A DNA stretch of 62,121 bases, filler included. It is 6 parts of 6 records of this genome, joined end to end, with 100 filler letters (N's around TTAATTAATTAA, not from the genome) between each part and the next. Parts side by side here need not be neighbours in the genome. Positions count along the whole stretch, not along the records: positions 1 to 6,508 come from SRR31147125_37250; positions 6,609 to 13,777 come from SRR31147125_37286; 4 more parts are not named here. One strand, given 5' to 3'. Every line of letters begins with the position of its first letter. Position 1 is the first letter of the stretch. Of this stretch, positions 1 to 11,558 are shown piece by piece. A model generated the notes under the pieces. The model searched no databases. It was not told the origin of the DNA and worked only from the letters and a program-made list of their open reading frames with translations. The position numbers and the translations under genes were made by a program.

Positions 1-192
1 AAAATTTGAAGCGATTTATGCAAGAATTAGAGAAACCCGTAGGGAAAACCAGACGGTTGATATCCTTAAGTGTTTGGTTGTTTTGAGTAATTTGAACAAA
101 TGGGAACATCTTTTTTACGCCATAACACTTTTTTGTGGGTCAATTCGTGCAACTTTGAGCTAACATTTTAAAAATCAGTTAAACACTTTACC

Positions 193-1715
193 ATGAATTG
201 TAATGTTTCAAAAATATTTCTACTCTTACTGTTTAATCTTTTTATAATTACCTCTTGTACTAATTCTACAAAGGAAAATACCAAACCTAATATAGTATTC
301 ATATTGGTTGACGACCTGGGATATGGCGATGTTGGGTTTAACGGATCGAAATACTACGAAACACCGTCGATTGATAAATTGGCCGATGAAAGTTTGGTGT
401 TCGATTATTCGTATATGTACCCAACCTGTTCGCCATCGCGTACCGCTTTGTTTACCGGAAAACAATCATTTAGAACAGGAGTTTATACCGTTCCTGTTTT
501 AGAAAAAGGAACTGAGCAGGAGAACATTTTTTCGCGTTGGACAGTTGGCCGCGAGCATCCAATTTATGCAGAAGCCTTGGCTGAGCAAGGATACAAATCC
601 ATTCACCTGGGTAAATGGCACATTGTTGGGCCTTATCCCGAAAAAGAATTAAATATGGATTGGCCTGTTCAGCAAAAACTTACTCAGCCCGACCCCGGCG
701 ATTATTCGTGGGTAAAAAAACACCAAACTCCTGAAATAATGCAATATTACCCCGAAGGACGTGGATTTCTTAAAAACGTTGGTGGAACTTATCGTGGCGA
801 CCCGGCTCTTGAACCTTATGGTTACCACAACGAAAAAGGGGGCTATTTTGCTCCGTTTAGCAACCCGTTTTTAGGCAAAAAACCAACCGACGAATGGCTT
901 ACCGACCGTTTAACCAATGATGCCATTCAGTTTATGGATGAACACCAAGAGGAGCCTTTTTTTGTAAACTTGCATTATTACACAGTTCACCGCCCAATAC
1001 GTAGTCGTAGTGACGAGCTTTTCAAAAAATACATGGATAAACCCGGCGATATGGAAACCGGTCAGGGAGTTGGTGCAAAAAAAGAGAAAATGGCAGCTTA
1101 TGCAACCATGATAGAATCGTTAGATGATAATGTTCATCGAATACTCGATTTTCTGGAACAAAAAGGATTACGGGAAAACACAATAATCGTATTCTCGGCC
1201 GACAACGGTTACCATGGAGGCGTATCAGCAAATAACTTGTTGCGTGGCTCAAAAGGCGCAATTTATGAGGGGGAATTCGTGTTCCAACATTTGTTAACTG
1301 GCCTGGAAAAGTAAAACCTCGCCGCACTCAGGCAGCCATTAGTGTTTTAGATTATTACCCCACCTTTTTGGAGTTGGCTGGCGTTAAGAGTGCAAAATCA
1401 ACACCTGATGGAAATTCTATCTCCGGTCTTTTTGAAAAGGATACAGAACTTTTTAACGCCCGACCATTGTTCTGGCATTTGGCAAGTTGTTATAAGCATG
1501 GAACATGTTCGGTAATTCGAAAAAACAACTACAAGCTAATCCAGTGGTTGGTTGACGGGAAATTAGAGTTATATAATCTTATTGAAGATCCAAGGGAAGA
1601 AATGAATTTGGCAGGTAGTAAAACGGAAATTGCTGACCAAATGTTGGAAGAGCTTTTAGATTGGCGAAAAGAGAATAATGTGCCTTTGCCTCCTAATTCG
1701 TCTCTAAATTATTAA
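193..1715 (+). CDS. Formylglycine-dependent (S1) sulfatase lipoprotein, split by a frameshift at ~1270
   Basis: Lipoprotein signal (ITSC), DDLGYGD and CSPSR motifs. Restoring one G in the run at 1269-1273 gives YEGGIRVP and joins ORF 1368..1715. Confidence 0.9.
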
Positions 1716-1857
1716 CACTTAGAACCTCTGCTGCGATTGGAGCGTTGAAGATGAGTTTTATTAACGCAAAAACACAACGATTTACCGCAATGACACATTC
1801 GAAACAGAAAATAACGGGATTTTTGAGTGTAAGTTGTAAAAATCTTAAAACGATATT

Positions 1858-3742
1858 ATGAATAAAATTTCAGCGATATTACTAATTGTAGTTATTACCA
1901 GCTTTTTAAATATGCAAACCACTGCCCAAAATAGCGTTAAGGGAGAATCTGTGGTTTTTCAAACAAATATTGCAGAAGATGCAACACCGGCTGTTTTGGC
2001 AAAGGTGCTTGAGGCTAAAGAGAAATCAATTTCAGAAATTAAATTCGAGAAAGGGATCTATCATTTTTATCCCGATAAAGGCTTCGAGCATTTGTGTTAC
2101 ATTTCAAACCACGAGGACGTTCTTGCTCGAACAGCTTTCCCATTATTCAATTTTGAAGATGTTACTATCGATGGTCAAGGCTCAGCTTTTATTTTTCATG
2201 GGCGAATGATTCCGTTTATTATTGAAGGAGGTAGCAACATTAATCTTAAAAATCTTTCAATCGACTGGGAAGTTCCTTTTCATGCCGAGGGGCTGGTTGT
2301 TGCCAATAATCTGGCAAACAAATCATTCGACTTAAAATTTGAAGAACAGGATTCTTACGAAATACGTAACGGAGAACTCTTTTTTGTGAAACCATACTAC
2401 GAGCACAACATTGGGCAAAACATTCTTTTCGATCCCGAACGAAGAGCTATTGCTTACCGTGCAAACGATTATGGAATTGCAACAAACGATAAAGTTTCAG
2501 CACAATGGAACATTGATAAAATTACCTACAAATACAAAGGCAACCACCAAACCATTGGGCAAATAGGGCAAGGGCGACAAAGTGGAATGAACGCCCGGGA
2601 AATTAAGCCAGGAGTGGTGCGAATTCATGGGCAACGCAAACAAGTACCACCTGTTGGAACAATTGTAGTTGCCAAAGGCGAGAAAGGTTTAAACCGTGTT
2701 TCTCCCGCAATAAGAGTAACTGGTGTAAAAGATTTAACAGCAACAAATGTAACGGTGCATCATGCCAACGGTATGGGCTTTATTTGCGAGAACAGCGAAA
2801 ATATAACACTCGATGGTTTTAAAGTAACGCCATCGGGAAACCGTATGTTATCAACTTCTGCCGATGCCACACATTTTGTTGGCTGCCGTGGTAAAATTGT
2901 GTTGCAAAATTGTTTGTTCGAATGCCAAATGGACGATGCTACAAACGTTCACGGAACCTATGGAAGTAATGGATGTACTGGATGAAAATACCATTGGAAT
3001 CTACGTTGGGCATTTCGAGCAGCAAATGTTTGTTATTGGCAGGGTAGGCGATAAAGTGGGCGTGGTTCGTTTAGCCGATTCGTTTGAGCCTTACCATGAG
3101 TTAACTATCAAATCGATTCAAATAATAAACGGGCGTTATCAGAAAATTACATTTAACGAAAAGCTTCCTGCAAAAATACAGGCAGGCGATTTAATCGAAA
3201 ACCTGGATGCTTATCCCGAGCTGGTTATTCAAAATTGTACCATTCGTGGAAACCGTGCACGTGGTTTATTGATTTCAACACCACGTAGTACCTTAATAAA
3301 AGATAATTTCTTCCACACTCAAATGGAAGCCATTTTAATGCCGGTTGAAAGTAGTAGTTGGTTCGAATCGGGTAGTGCAGCAAATGTGACCATTACCAAT
3401 AATGTTTTTCAGGATTGTAACCACGGTGGTGCCGAGCGCGGTATTATCCGTTTTCATACCGACGACGATAATAAAAATATCGCTTTTAAAAACATTGATA
3501 TCAGCAATAACCAATTCAATTTGTTTGATAATATGGTGTTGGAAGTGGGAAATACCGATGGTTTGGTATTTAAAAACAATAAAATTACCAATACCGGAAC
3601 GTTTCCTCAATTATTTCCGGAAAGTCCTGCTTTTCAAATTGAATCATCAAGAAATTTAGTTTTTGAGAAGAATGACTACAAAGGAAAAGCAAAACAAATT
3701 TTAGATGTAGATGAAAATTTATCGAAACTGAAATTCAAGTAA
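1858..3742 (+). CDS. GH110-like alpha-1,3-galactosidase (beta-helix), frameshift at ~2960
   Basis: Signal peptide plus SADATHF and MDDATNVHGTY motifs; ORFs 1858..2985 and 2864..3742 are consecutive halves. Confidence 0.8.
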
Positions 3743-3847
3743 AAAAAATACAAGTTCGATGTTAGATTGAATTTGATTTGTATATAATCCGGCAGAGCTC
3801 CAAAAACTGTCGGATTTTTCTAAGTTTATAAACCTAAATCTTAAACC

Positions 3848-5351
3848 ATGAACCTAAAAATTACCCAACAACTTATTTTAGTTTTCTTGTGTTACTGTTT
3901 GTTTTCTTGTCAAACAAAAACGGAAGAACCAACAAAGCCAAACGTTCTTGTTATTGTAGCCGACGATTTAGGCTATGCCGACTTGAGCTTTTTGCCTTAC
4001 GCTTCAAACGATATTCAAACCCCAAACATCGACCGCATTGCCGAAAATGGGGTGTTTTTTACCGATGCTTATTCAACTGCTCCTATTTGCAGCCCATCGC
4101 GCGCAGGATTAATAACAGGTCGTTTTCAGCAACGTTGGGGAAATTATTGGTATGGCGAAGGAGGTTTGCCGGCAGTTGAGAAAACACTTCCGCAAATGCT
4201 AAAAGAACAAGGTTACTACAATATAAAAATTGGGAAAACCCATTTAAACGGTGGCCCGGTTGAACACCCAATGGACCATGGCTTTGACGATTTTCTGGGC
4301 TTTATCGACCACACCTGGGACTATTTACGACTGAGCCAAAACGATGTGAATGAATATGGTACAGACAATGCAAAACTTGCTCATATTGGTCCACTGTATA
4401 ATGGTCGCGAAAAACAATCGTACGAAAAAAGTTTTACCACCGATATTTTTACCGATAAAGCGGTTAATATAATTCAGCAGAAAAAAGGTCAGCCCTGGTA
4501 CATCGAGCTCGAATACAACGCTGTGCATCATCCAACATATGTTTGCCATCCCGATTATTTGGATAAGTATGGCATCGACCAGTTTCCGTTTTGGAATCCG
4601 CAGGAAGAAACCTACGGCGAGTGGCATAAAAAGTGGGGGCATTTGGGCGAGGTCGACCCCGATGGTCGTCGTCGTTACCAATTACAATTGGAAGTAATGG
4701 ACAACGGAATTGGCAAAATTTTAAATTCGCTTGAGGAGAGTGGTCAAACCGATAATACGATTATTGTTTTCTTGTCCGATAACGGAGGAACCATTAATAC
4801 TTACGCACGCAACTTACCACTTAATGGTTACAAATATATGTTTGCCGAGGGCGGAATCCGAATTCCAATGGTAATTTCATATCCTAAGAAATTGAAAGAA
4901 AGAAGAACCGTTTCGGAGTTGGTTTCGGGAATGGATGTGTTGCCAACCATACTTTCGGCTGTAGGAATTGAAGTGCCTGAAAATATTGATGGAAACAACC
5001 TTTGGCCAATTATTGAGAGCGAAGCCAATGGGCACGAGAGCCTGTTTTGGGCCGATGGGCGAGGGCAGTGGGTAGCCCGAAAAGGCAAATGGAAACTGGT
5101 AAATAATTCGGGCTGGGTACACTCCGATTTCCGTTTGGAAAATGGAACAGCAGTTTCAGTAGAAGTTGACTTTATTTACCCCGAGGGCATCCTTTTGTTC
5201 GACCTTGAAAACGATTTGGGTGAAACGAAAAACCTTTCAGAACAATATCCGGAAATTGTTAATGAGCTAAGTGCGGAATATGAAACATGGCGTAGCCAAA
5301 TGTCTGACCCTCGCACCCGCGATGGTAAGTTGAAAAAAGAAAAAGAAATAG
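3848..5351 (+). CDS. S1 sulfatase lipoprotein (true stop inferred at TAG 5349-5351)
   Basis: FSC lipobox and DDLGYAD, CSPSR, EGGIRIP motifs. The ORF-track fusion to GH29 runs through an A-rich run and a hairpin-containing spacer. Confidence 0.85.
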
Positions 5352-5425
5352 ATTTTTTATTCAAGGGACCCGGTTCTATCGGGCCATTCCCGAAACAGGG
5401 GGATAACAAACAAACTCAGAATAAA

Positions 5426-6508
5426 ATGAAAAAGCTAATAACACTACTATCAGCAGTTGTAATTACTTTAAACTTAACTGCACAAAATAAAGACTTCCGT
5501 TACGAAGCAGATTGGGAATTAATCCGTAGTCATTACCAGGTACCCGATTGGTTTCGCGATGCCAAATTTGGCATTTTCCTGCATTGGGGACCGTACGCAG
5601 TGCAAGGTGTAAATTGCAAATATCCAAAAGGTATTTATTCTGAGGGCTGGAAAAAAGATTGGGGCGGAAATAGTCCCTGGAACTATCACCGTAAACATTA
5701 TGGCGACCCATCGAAAGTGGGCTATAAAGATGTGTTTTCGGAGTTTAAAGCCGAAAAGTTTAATGCAAAAGAGTGGATTGATTTATTCAAAAAAGCTGGT
5801 GCAAAATATGTGGTTCCCGTTGCCGAACACCACGACGGTTTTGCCATGTACAACTCGAATGTTACGCGTTGGAATGTTGTAAAAACCGGTCCGAAAAAAG
5901 ATGTAATGCGCATGTTGAAAAACGCAACTGAGGATGCTGGATTAAAATTTGGAGTGTCGTCGCATTTTGCGCTAAACAGGCAATATTATAACCATTCGGA
6001 CCCCACCTGGGATGTAAACAATCCTGAATTTTACGACCTTTACTGGAAACCGGTTGAGAAAGGTTCTTTACCTTCGAAAGAGTTTCTGAATTTGTGGTGG
6101 CGACGTACAACCGATATTATCGACCAGTACCAACCAGAATTGCTATGGTTCGATTTTGGATTGGATAAACCCGGTTTTGAACCTGTTCACAAAAAAATTC
6201 TGTCCTATTATTACAACAAAGGCCTGGAGTGGAATAAAGGTGTTGTTTTTCAGGATAAAAACATGAATAAAGTCTCGCGTGTAAATGGTAAGGTAATTCA
6301 CGATCGTTCGGTTAAATCATTTCCTGAAGATATTATAGTGCTTGATTTAGAACGCGGACGCATGGATTCCATTTTTAGATTCCCTTGGCAAACCGATACT
6401 TCGGTGGGCAAAATAGATTGGGGCTACAACAAAAATGAAGAATACAAATCACCAGAATACCTTATTGATGAGCTGATAGACATTGTAAGTAAAAACGGTT
6501 GTTTATTG
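5426..6508 (+). CDS. GH29 alpha-L-fucosidase, truncated by contig end
   Basis: Own signal peptide MKKLITLLSAVV; WFRDAKFGIFLHWG, AEHHDGF, LLWFD and IVSKNG motifs. Confidence 0.9.
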
Positions 6509-6608
6509 NNNNNNNNNNNNNNNNNNNNNNNNNNNNNNNNNNNNNNNNNNNNTTAATTAATTAANNNNNNNNNNNNNNNNNNNNNNNNNNNNNNNNNNNN
6601 NNNNNNNN
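6509..6608. other. Artificial contig linker (N run with TTAATTAATTAA)
   Basis: 100-nt spacer with stops in all six frames. Confidence 0.99.
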
Positions 6609-6642
6609 GAGCAACTATAGGTTTATATATAAGGATGAACTG

Positions 6643-9600
6643 GTGAAAAGCAATGTAGGATACAACTTAAATTTTAAGAAAGAAAATATTGAAAACATAC
6701 TAAATGAAATTTTATTTGAAAAAAATGTTGATTTCAGCATTTTGGACGATAACCTTGTTGTTTTGGTTCCAAAAGGAATCATTAAAAAACAAGAAATTAC
6801 CGTAAAGGGCATTGTTACAGATCTAGACGGACATCCTTTACCTGGGGTGAATGTAGTAGAATTGGGAACGGCAAATGGAACAGTTACAGATTTAGATGGA
6901 AATTATACAATCAATATTAGCTCGCCAGAAGTTACATTAAGTTTTTCTTATGTTGGGTATTTAACGGAAGATGTTTTGGTTGCCAACCAAAATACAATTA
7001 ATATTACAATGGTTGAAGATATCCATTCATTAGATGAAGTAGTCGTTGTTGGGTATGGTACCACAAAGAAGGTTGATTTAACAGGTGCAATTGCCACTGT
7101 CTCAGGTGATGACCTCCATAAAAATGCTGTTGTTGACCCGCTGTATGCACTTCAAGGTAAAGCTGCCGGTATTTCAATAACACCTACTTCAGGACAACCA
7201 GGAGCGAGTATCGAAGTAACAATTCGTGGAGTTCAATCCATTAATGCATCAAATTCACCAATTTATGTTATTGATGGTATTATTTCTGAATCGATGGGGC
7301 ACATTAATACCAATGATATTGAAAGTATATCTGTATTAAAAGATGCTTCCTCAACGGCAATTTATGGTTCGAGGGCAGCAAATGGTGTTGTTATTATTTC
7401 TACAAAAAGAGGAGAAAAAGGGGCGCCAGTTATCTCGTTTCATACTTATCAAGGAATCAGGACTAATTCCAATTTAATGCCGGAAATGCAAAACTCTGAA
7501 GAATATCTTCATTTACTTAAAGAGGCCAGTAGCCCGGAAGATGTTATAAATATTGAAAATGCAATTCAACAATATTATATTGATAATAATGGAGAATTAA
7601 TTGATACAGATTGGTTAGATGTAGTCATGCAAAAAGGTAAGCTACAGTATTACGATCTTTCGGTTAGTGGAGGAAGCGTAAAATCAAACTACTTCCTGTC
7701 TGCCAATTACCTTAAAGAAGAGGGGGTAGTTGTAGGCCAGGGACAAGATAAACTTAATTTCAGGTTTAACAGTGATCATATTCTTGGAAAATACATCAAT
7801 TTTGGAAATACATTAAATCTGCATCATTCCACAAACGAAGGATTGCCCGGATTAGATTATGTAAATTATGCAAACTCTCCCAATCCCTATTTAGGAGCGC
7901 TGAAAAAGACACCATTAACCCGTCCGTATGAAGAAGATGGAAGTTATGGATTTACACGTTACGAAGGGATTGAGTATAGATACATTCCACCTCACTTAAT
8001 TGCTAATGAATATGAGCGTAATTCTGAATATAATGGTTTTCAAGGAAATATTTTCTTAAAAATAACGCCCATTAAGGGCTTAACATTTACTCCTCGGGTA
8101 AGTTTGAGCTATAATTTTGCAGGCGCGCATTCTTTTACTCCTACTGTTCAACTCGAAGGGACAGAATCAATAGATGTAAATAAACTTTCAAAATATACCA
8201 ACAAGACACTTCACTGGCAAACAGATTATTTATTGGAATATAATCGTTCGTTCTTTGATAAACATAACCTTAAGGCTCTTTTCGTATATTCTCAGGAAGA
8301 ACAAAAATACGAATATTTAAGTGCTGCTAGAGATGACTCCCCATTAAACAACATTACATATTTAGATGCTGCCGATCCTTCAACATCTTCTAATTCAAAT
8401 GGATATTCAGACTGGTCGTTTGTATCCTACCTTGGAAGGTTAAATTATGATTTTAATGGTAAGTATTTATTGCAAAGTACAATACGTTACGATGGTTCCT
8501 CAAGATTTACAGAAGAAAACAGGTGGGGCTTATTCCCATCATTCTCATTTGGGTGGCGCATATCCGATGAAGGTTTTTTTCAAGGGATCACAAACGTTAT
8601 AAATAACCTAAAACTAAGGGCTAGCGTTGGAACCGTTGGTAATTCAAATATTGGTACATATCCAACATACTCTGCCATGAACGCTACAACATATGTTTTA
8701 AATGAAACAGTTGTTCCGGCATACAGGTTTCAGTCTGCTGTTAACGAAGATATTAAATGGGAAAAAACATTGAAAAAGGATTTTGGCCTTGATGCATTGC
8801 TTTTTGATTCTAAGTTAGTATTCTCCGCCAATTACTTCATTGCAAATACAACAGATTTACTGTTCTCTAAACCTCTGCCAGCATCGGCCGGAAAATCAGG
8901 TGGTATATTTGTAAATGGAGGAGAAGTGTTAAACCAAGGGGTGGAATTTGAATTAGGTTATAGGCAAAGAATTGGAGAATTTAGTTATAGCATTAATTTT
9001 AACGCTGTTCACCAGAAGAATGAGGTAGTTGATTTAATGGGTGAAGATTTGACAAGTTCTGGTCTTGAGGTAGGTCAACCAGCATATTCATACTATGGTT
9101 ATCAAACCAATGGTATTATTAAGACACAGGCAGATTTGGATGCGGCACCAACACGTGCAGAAGATTTTGGATTAGGAGACATATGGTTTGTTGATATTAC
9201 AGGTGATGGAGAAGTAACTTCCGACGATTTAGGTATTATTGGCAACAGGTACCCTGATTTCTCCTATGGCATTGTTTCTGATTTCTCCTATAAACTATTC
9301 TCTTTAAGTGTTCATTTGCAGGGAGTTCATGGTTTTGATCTTCCATACACCGTTGGCAGTTATTACATGAGTAACCCGGAAAATAACAGCTCTTTGATTA
9401 TGGACAGGTGGCATGCAACAGAAAATCCAGACGGTGATTTACCCAGAATTATGATTTCAGACGAAGCGAGTAATTTTGCCAATAGCTCTGATTTTTGGTT
9501 GTCAGATGCATCTTATTTAAGAATTAATAACGTAACCTTATCCTATGATATACCCGACTTAATCAGCAAAAACAATTTATTGAAAAATGCACAGGTATAT

Positions 9601-9750
9601 ATTACAGCCCAGAACCTATATACATTCACAAAGTCAGACTACAGAGGAGTAGAGGTCGATATAACTTACAGGAGTGGTTATTACGGCAATCCTTCACGGA
9701 AAATGCCATTACCAAGAACTTTTTTAGTTGGAGCTAAACTATCCTTTTAA
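6643..9750 (+). CDS. susC: SusC/RagA TonB-dependent transporter with N-terminal extension (5' end probably truncated)
   Basis: LDEVVVVGYG, DIESISVLKDASSTAIYGSRAANGVVIISTKRG, C-terminal Phe. Confidence 0.95.
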   Translation: MKSNVGYNLNFKKENIENILNEILFEKNVDFSILDDNLVVLVPKGIIKKQEITVKGIVTDLDGHPLPGVNVVELGTANGTVTDLDGNYTINISSPEVTLSFSYVGYLTEDVLVANQNTINITMVEDIHSLDEVVVVGYGTTKKVDLTGAIATVSGDDLHKNAVVDPLYALQGKAAGISITPTSGQPGASIEVTIRGVQSINASNSPIYVIDGIISESMGHINTNDIESISVLKDASSTAIYGSRAANGVVIISTKRGEKGAPVISFHTYQGIRTNSNLMPEMQNSEEYLHLLKEASSPEDVINIENAIQQYYIDNNGELIDTDWLDVVMQKGKLQYYDLSVSGGSVKSNYFLSANYLKEEGVVVGQGQDKLNFRFNSDHILGKYINFGNTLNLHHSTNEGLPGLDYVNYANSPNPYLGALKKTPLTRPYEEDGSYGFTRYEGIEYRYIPPHLIANEYERNSEYNGFQGNIFLKITPIKGLTFTPRVSLSYNFAGAHSFTPTVQLEGTESIDVNKLSKYTNKTLHWQTDYLLEYNRSFFDKHNLKALFVYSQEEQKYEYLSAARDDSPLNNITYLDAADPSTSSNSNGYSDWSFVSYLGRLNYDFNGKYLLQSTIRYDGSSRFTEENRWGLFPSFSFGWRISDEGFFQGITNVINNLKLRASVGTVGNSNIGTYPTYSAMNATTYVLNETVVPAYRFQSAVNEDIKWEKTLKKDFGLDALLFDSKLVFSANYFIANTTDLLFSKPLPASAGKSGGIFVNGGEVLNQGVEFELGYRQRIGEFSYSINFNAVHQKNEVVDLMGEDLTSSGLEVGQPAYSYYGYQTNGIIKTQADLDAAPTRAEDFGLGDIWFVDITGDGEVTSDDLGIIGNRYPDFSYGIVSDFSYKLFSLSVHLQGVHGFDLPYTVGSYYMSNPENNSSLIMDRWHATENPDGDLPRIMISDEASNFANSSDFWLSDASYLRINNVTLSYDIPDLISKNNLLKNAQVYITAQNLYTFTKSDYRGVEVDITYRSGYYGNPSRKMPLPRTFLVGAKLSF

Positions 9751-9768
9751 TTATAAAAAAATACGAAG

Positions 9769-11430
9769 ATGAAAAAAATAAAATATAGCAAAATAATATT
9801 ACCATTTATTGCACTATTTCTTTTGATAACTCTAAATAACTGTAACGAAGAAGAATTGCTGAACAAATACCCTCAAGATGCTGTAAATGTGGTGAATTAC
9901 TTTGTTGATGAAACATCGGCTAGTGGTGCTGTAGCTGCTATTTTTTCCAACTGGAATAAACGTTATACAATGTACCAACGCAGGATGTGCAAGTACCTTG
10001 ATATATTAACAGACGATGCATATACCCGGATTAAAGATCACAGGGCCTTATTTAACAATTATACATTTGAAGAAAGTACTACCACCGATGACAATTTTAG
10101 AGATTGGTGGATATATATATATAGGAGTATAAATGATGCGAATTTCTGTATTGAATATATACCAGCTTCAACAGATGAGAATTTTACTGAGGAAGAAAGG
10201 GCTCAATATATTGGAGTAGCAAAATTTATGCGTGCATTTGCCTATATATATCTTACAAGTCTGTATGGTGATGTCCTGTTACATGATAAATATATAAGTA
10301 CGATAGAAGACTCCTACAAAGGAAGAACATCAGTGGATGAAGTATTTGATTTAATCATCGAAGATTTAAAATATGCAAAAGATAATTTACCCGAGCAATG
10401 GCCTACCGATGAATATGGTTTACCAACAAAGGCTGCCGGCGCAGGAATGCTTACAAGGGCATATTTATATGATAAGGATTTTACAAATGCTGAAGTTTCA
10501 GCAAAAGAAGCTATTGATATTGCAGATGCATCAGGTTATATACTTATGGATGATTATGAATATATGATGGCTTATGAATCACAGCCAAATAATGAATATA
10601 TCTTTTCAATTAATTTCTTGAATGATGATGACTGGAGTAAAAACGGGAATATGTTCGAAGGAATGGTAGAGCGTTTGCCCCGTGGAGGAGAAACCCCTAA
10701 CGGACCTACATTAGCATCGTGTATCTATGCCGTTATGGGTGGTGATGGCTGGGGGTATATAATGCCTACCCGCGATTTATATGATGAATTTGAAGAAGGC
10801 GATCCCAGGAGGATATACTCAATGTGGGTGCCTGGCGATTTTTATGGTATTCATCATGGAGAAACTACAGAATATATTAACCCGGTAACAGAAGATACAA
10901 CCATATATAATGATGGAGATACTATATATTATCAAAAAGGGTGGTCCCCCTCTCATATGAATACACGGAAAATAATCGCATCAATTGAAGGGTTGAGTAC
11001 AGTTCAGGCAAGCGGTTATGATATCCCTATTTTAAGATATGCAGAGCTTTTGCTTTATTATGCAGAGGCGCTTATTGAGAATGGGAAAATATCTGAAGGA
11101 ATGGCGCAAATTAACAAAGTTAGGGCAAGACCTTCTGTAGATATGCCACCGGTATCTGCAAGCGATTATGCTGATGCAACCGCCAAACTTCGCCACGAAC
11201 GTCGCATTGAACTTAATCTTGAGGGTATCAGGTTGTTCGATATTCGCAGGTGGGGAATTGTAGAAGAAGTATTAGGAGCAGGTGCTAACTCTAACAAAGT
11301 ATTGGTTCGATATGAAAATGATTCAATTTATAAAGGAACCGAATGCGAATTCCCAAAACATAACTTATTGCCTATCCCGCTTACTGAATTAGAAGACAAT
11401 GATTTAATAACTCAAAATCCAGGATATTGA
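9769..11430 (+). CDS. susD: SusD/RagB nutrient-binding lipoprotein
   Basis: Lipoprotein signal, LRYAELLLYYAEA, ERRIELNLEGIRLFDIRRWG, QNPGY terminus; directly after susC. Confidence 0.95.
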   Translation: MKKIKYSKIILPFIALFLLITLNNCNEEELLNKYPQDAVNVVNYFVDETSASGAVAAIFSNWNKRYTMYQRRMCKYLDILTDDAYTRIKDHRALFNNYTFEESTTTDDNFRDWWIYIYRSINDANFCIEYIPASTDENFTEEERAQYIGVAKFMRAFAYIYLTSLYGDVLLHDKYISTIEDSYKGRTSVDEVFDLIIEDLKYAKDNLPEQWPTDEYGLPTKAAGAGMLTRAYLYDKDFTNAEVSAKEAIDIADASGYILMDDYEYMMAYESQPNNEYIFSINFLNDDDWSKNGNMFEGMVERLPRGGETPNGPTLASCIYAVMGGDGWGYIMPTRDLYDEFEEGDPRRIYSMWVPGDFYGIHHGETTEYINPVTEDTTIYNDGDTIYYQKGWSPSHMNTRKIIASIEGLSTVQASGYDIPILRYAELLLYYAEALIENGKISEGMAQINKVRARPSVDMPPVSASDYADATAKLRHERRIELNLEGIRLFDIRRWGIVEEVLGAGANSNKVLVRYENDSIYKGTECEFPKHNLLPIPLTELEDNDLITQNPGY

Positions 11431-11441
11431 TAGAGATTTTC

Positions 11442-11480
11442 CAGACATCGGACTAGAATTAATCTGGTTCGGTGTTTTTT
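11442..11480 (+). terminator. Rho-independent terminator after susD
   Basis: GACATCGGACTAGA / TCTGGTTCGGTGTT imperfect stem followed by a T tract. Confidence 0.65.
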
Positions 11481-11558
11481 ATTTCTCGTGTAATTTAGAA
11501 AGAAAAAATGTGGAAATTCTTGTATAATTACCCAACAAAACATTAACTAATAATAAAT

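Noticed and set aside
3848-6556. 902-aa sulfatase-fucosidase fusion
   Set aside because: The junction contains an A-run next to an off-frame TAG, a GC hairpin and a second signal peptide at 5426; best explained as two genes joined by an indel error
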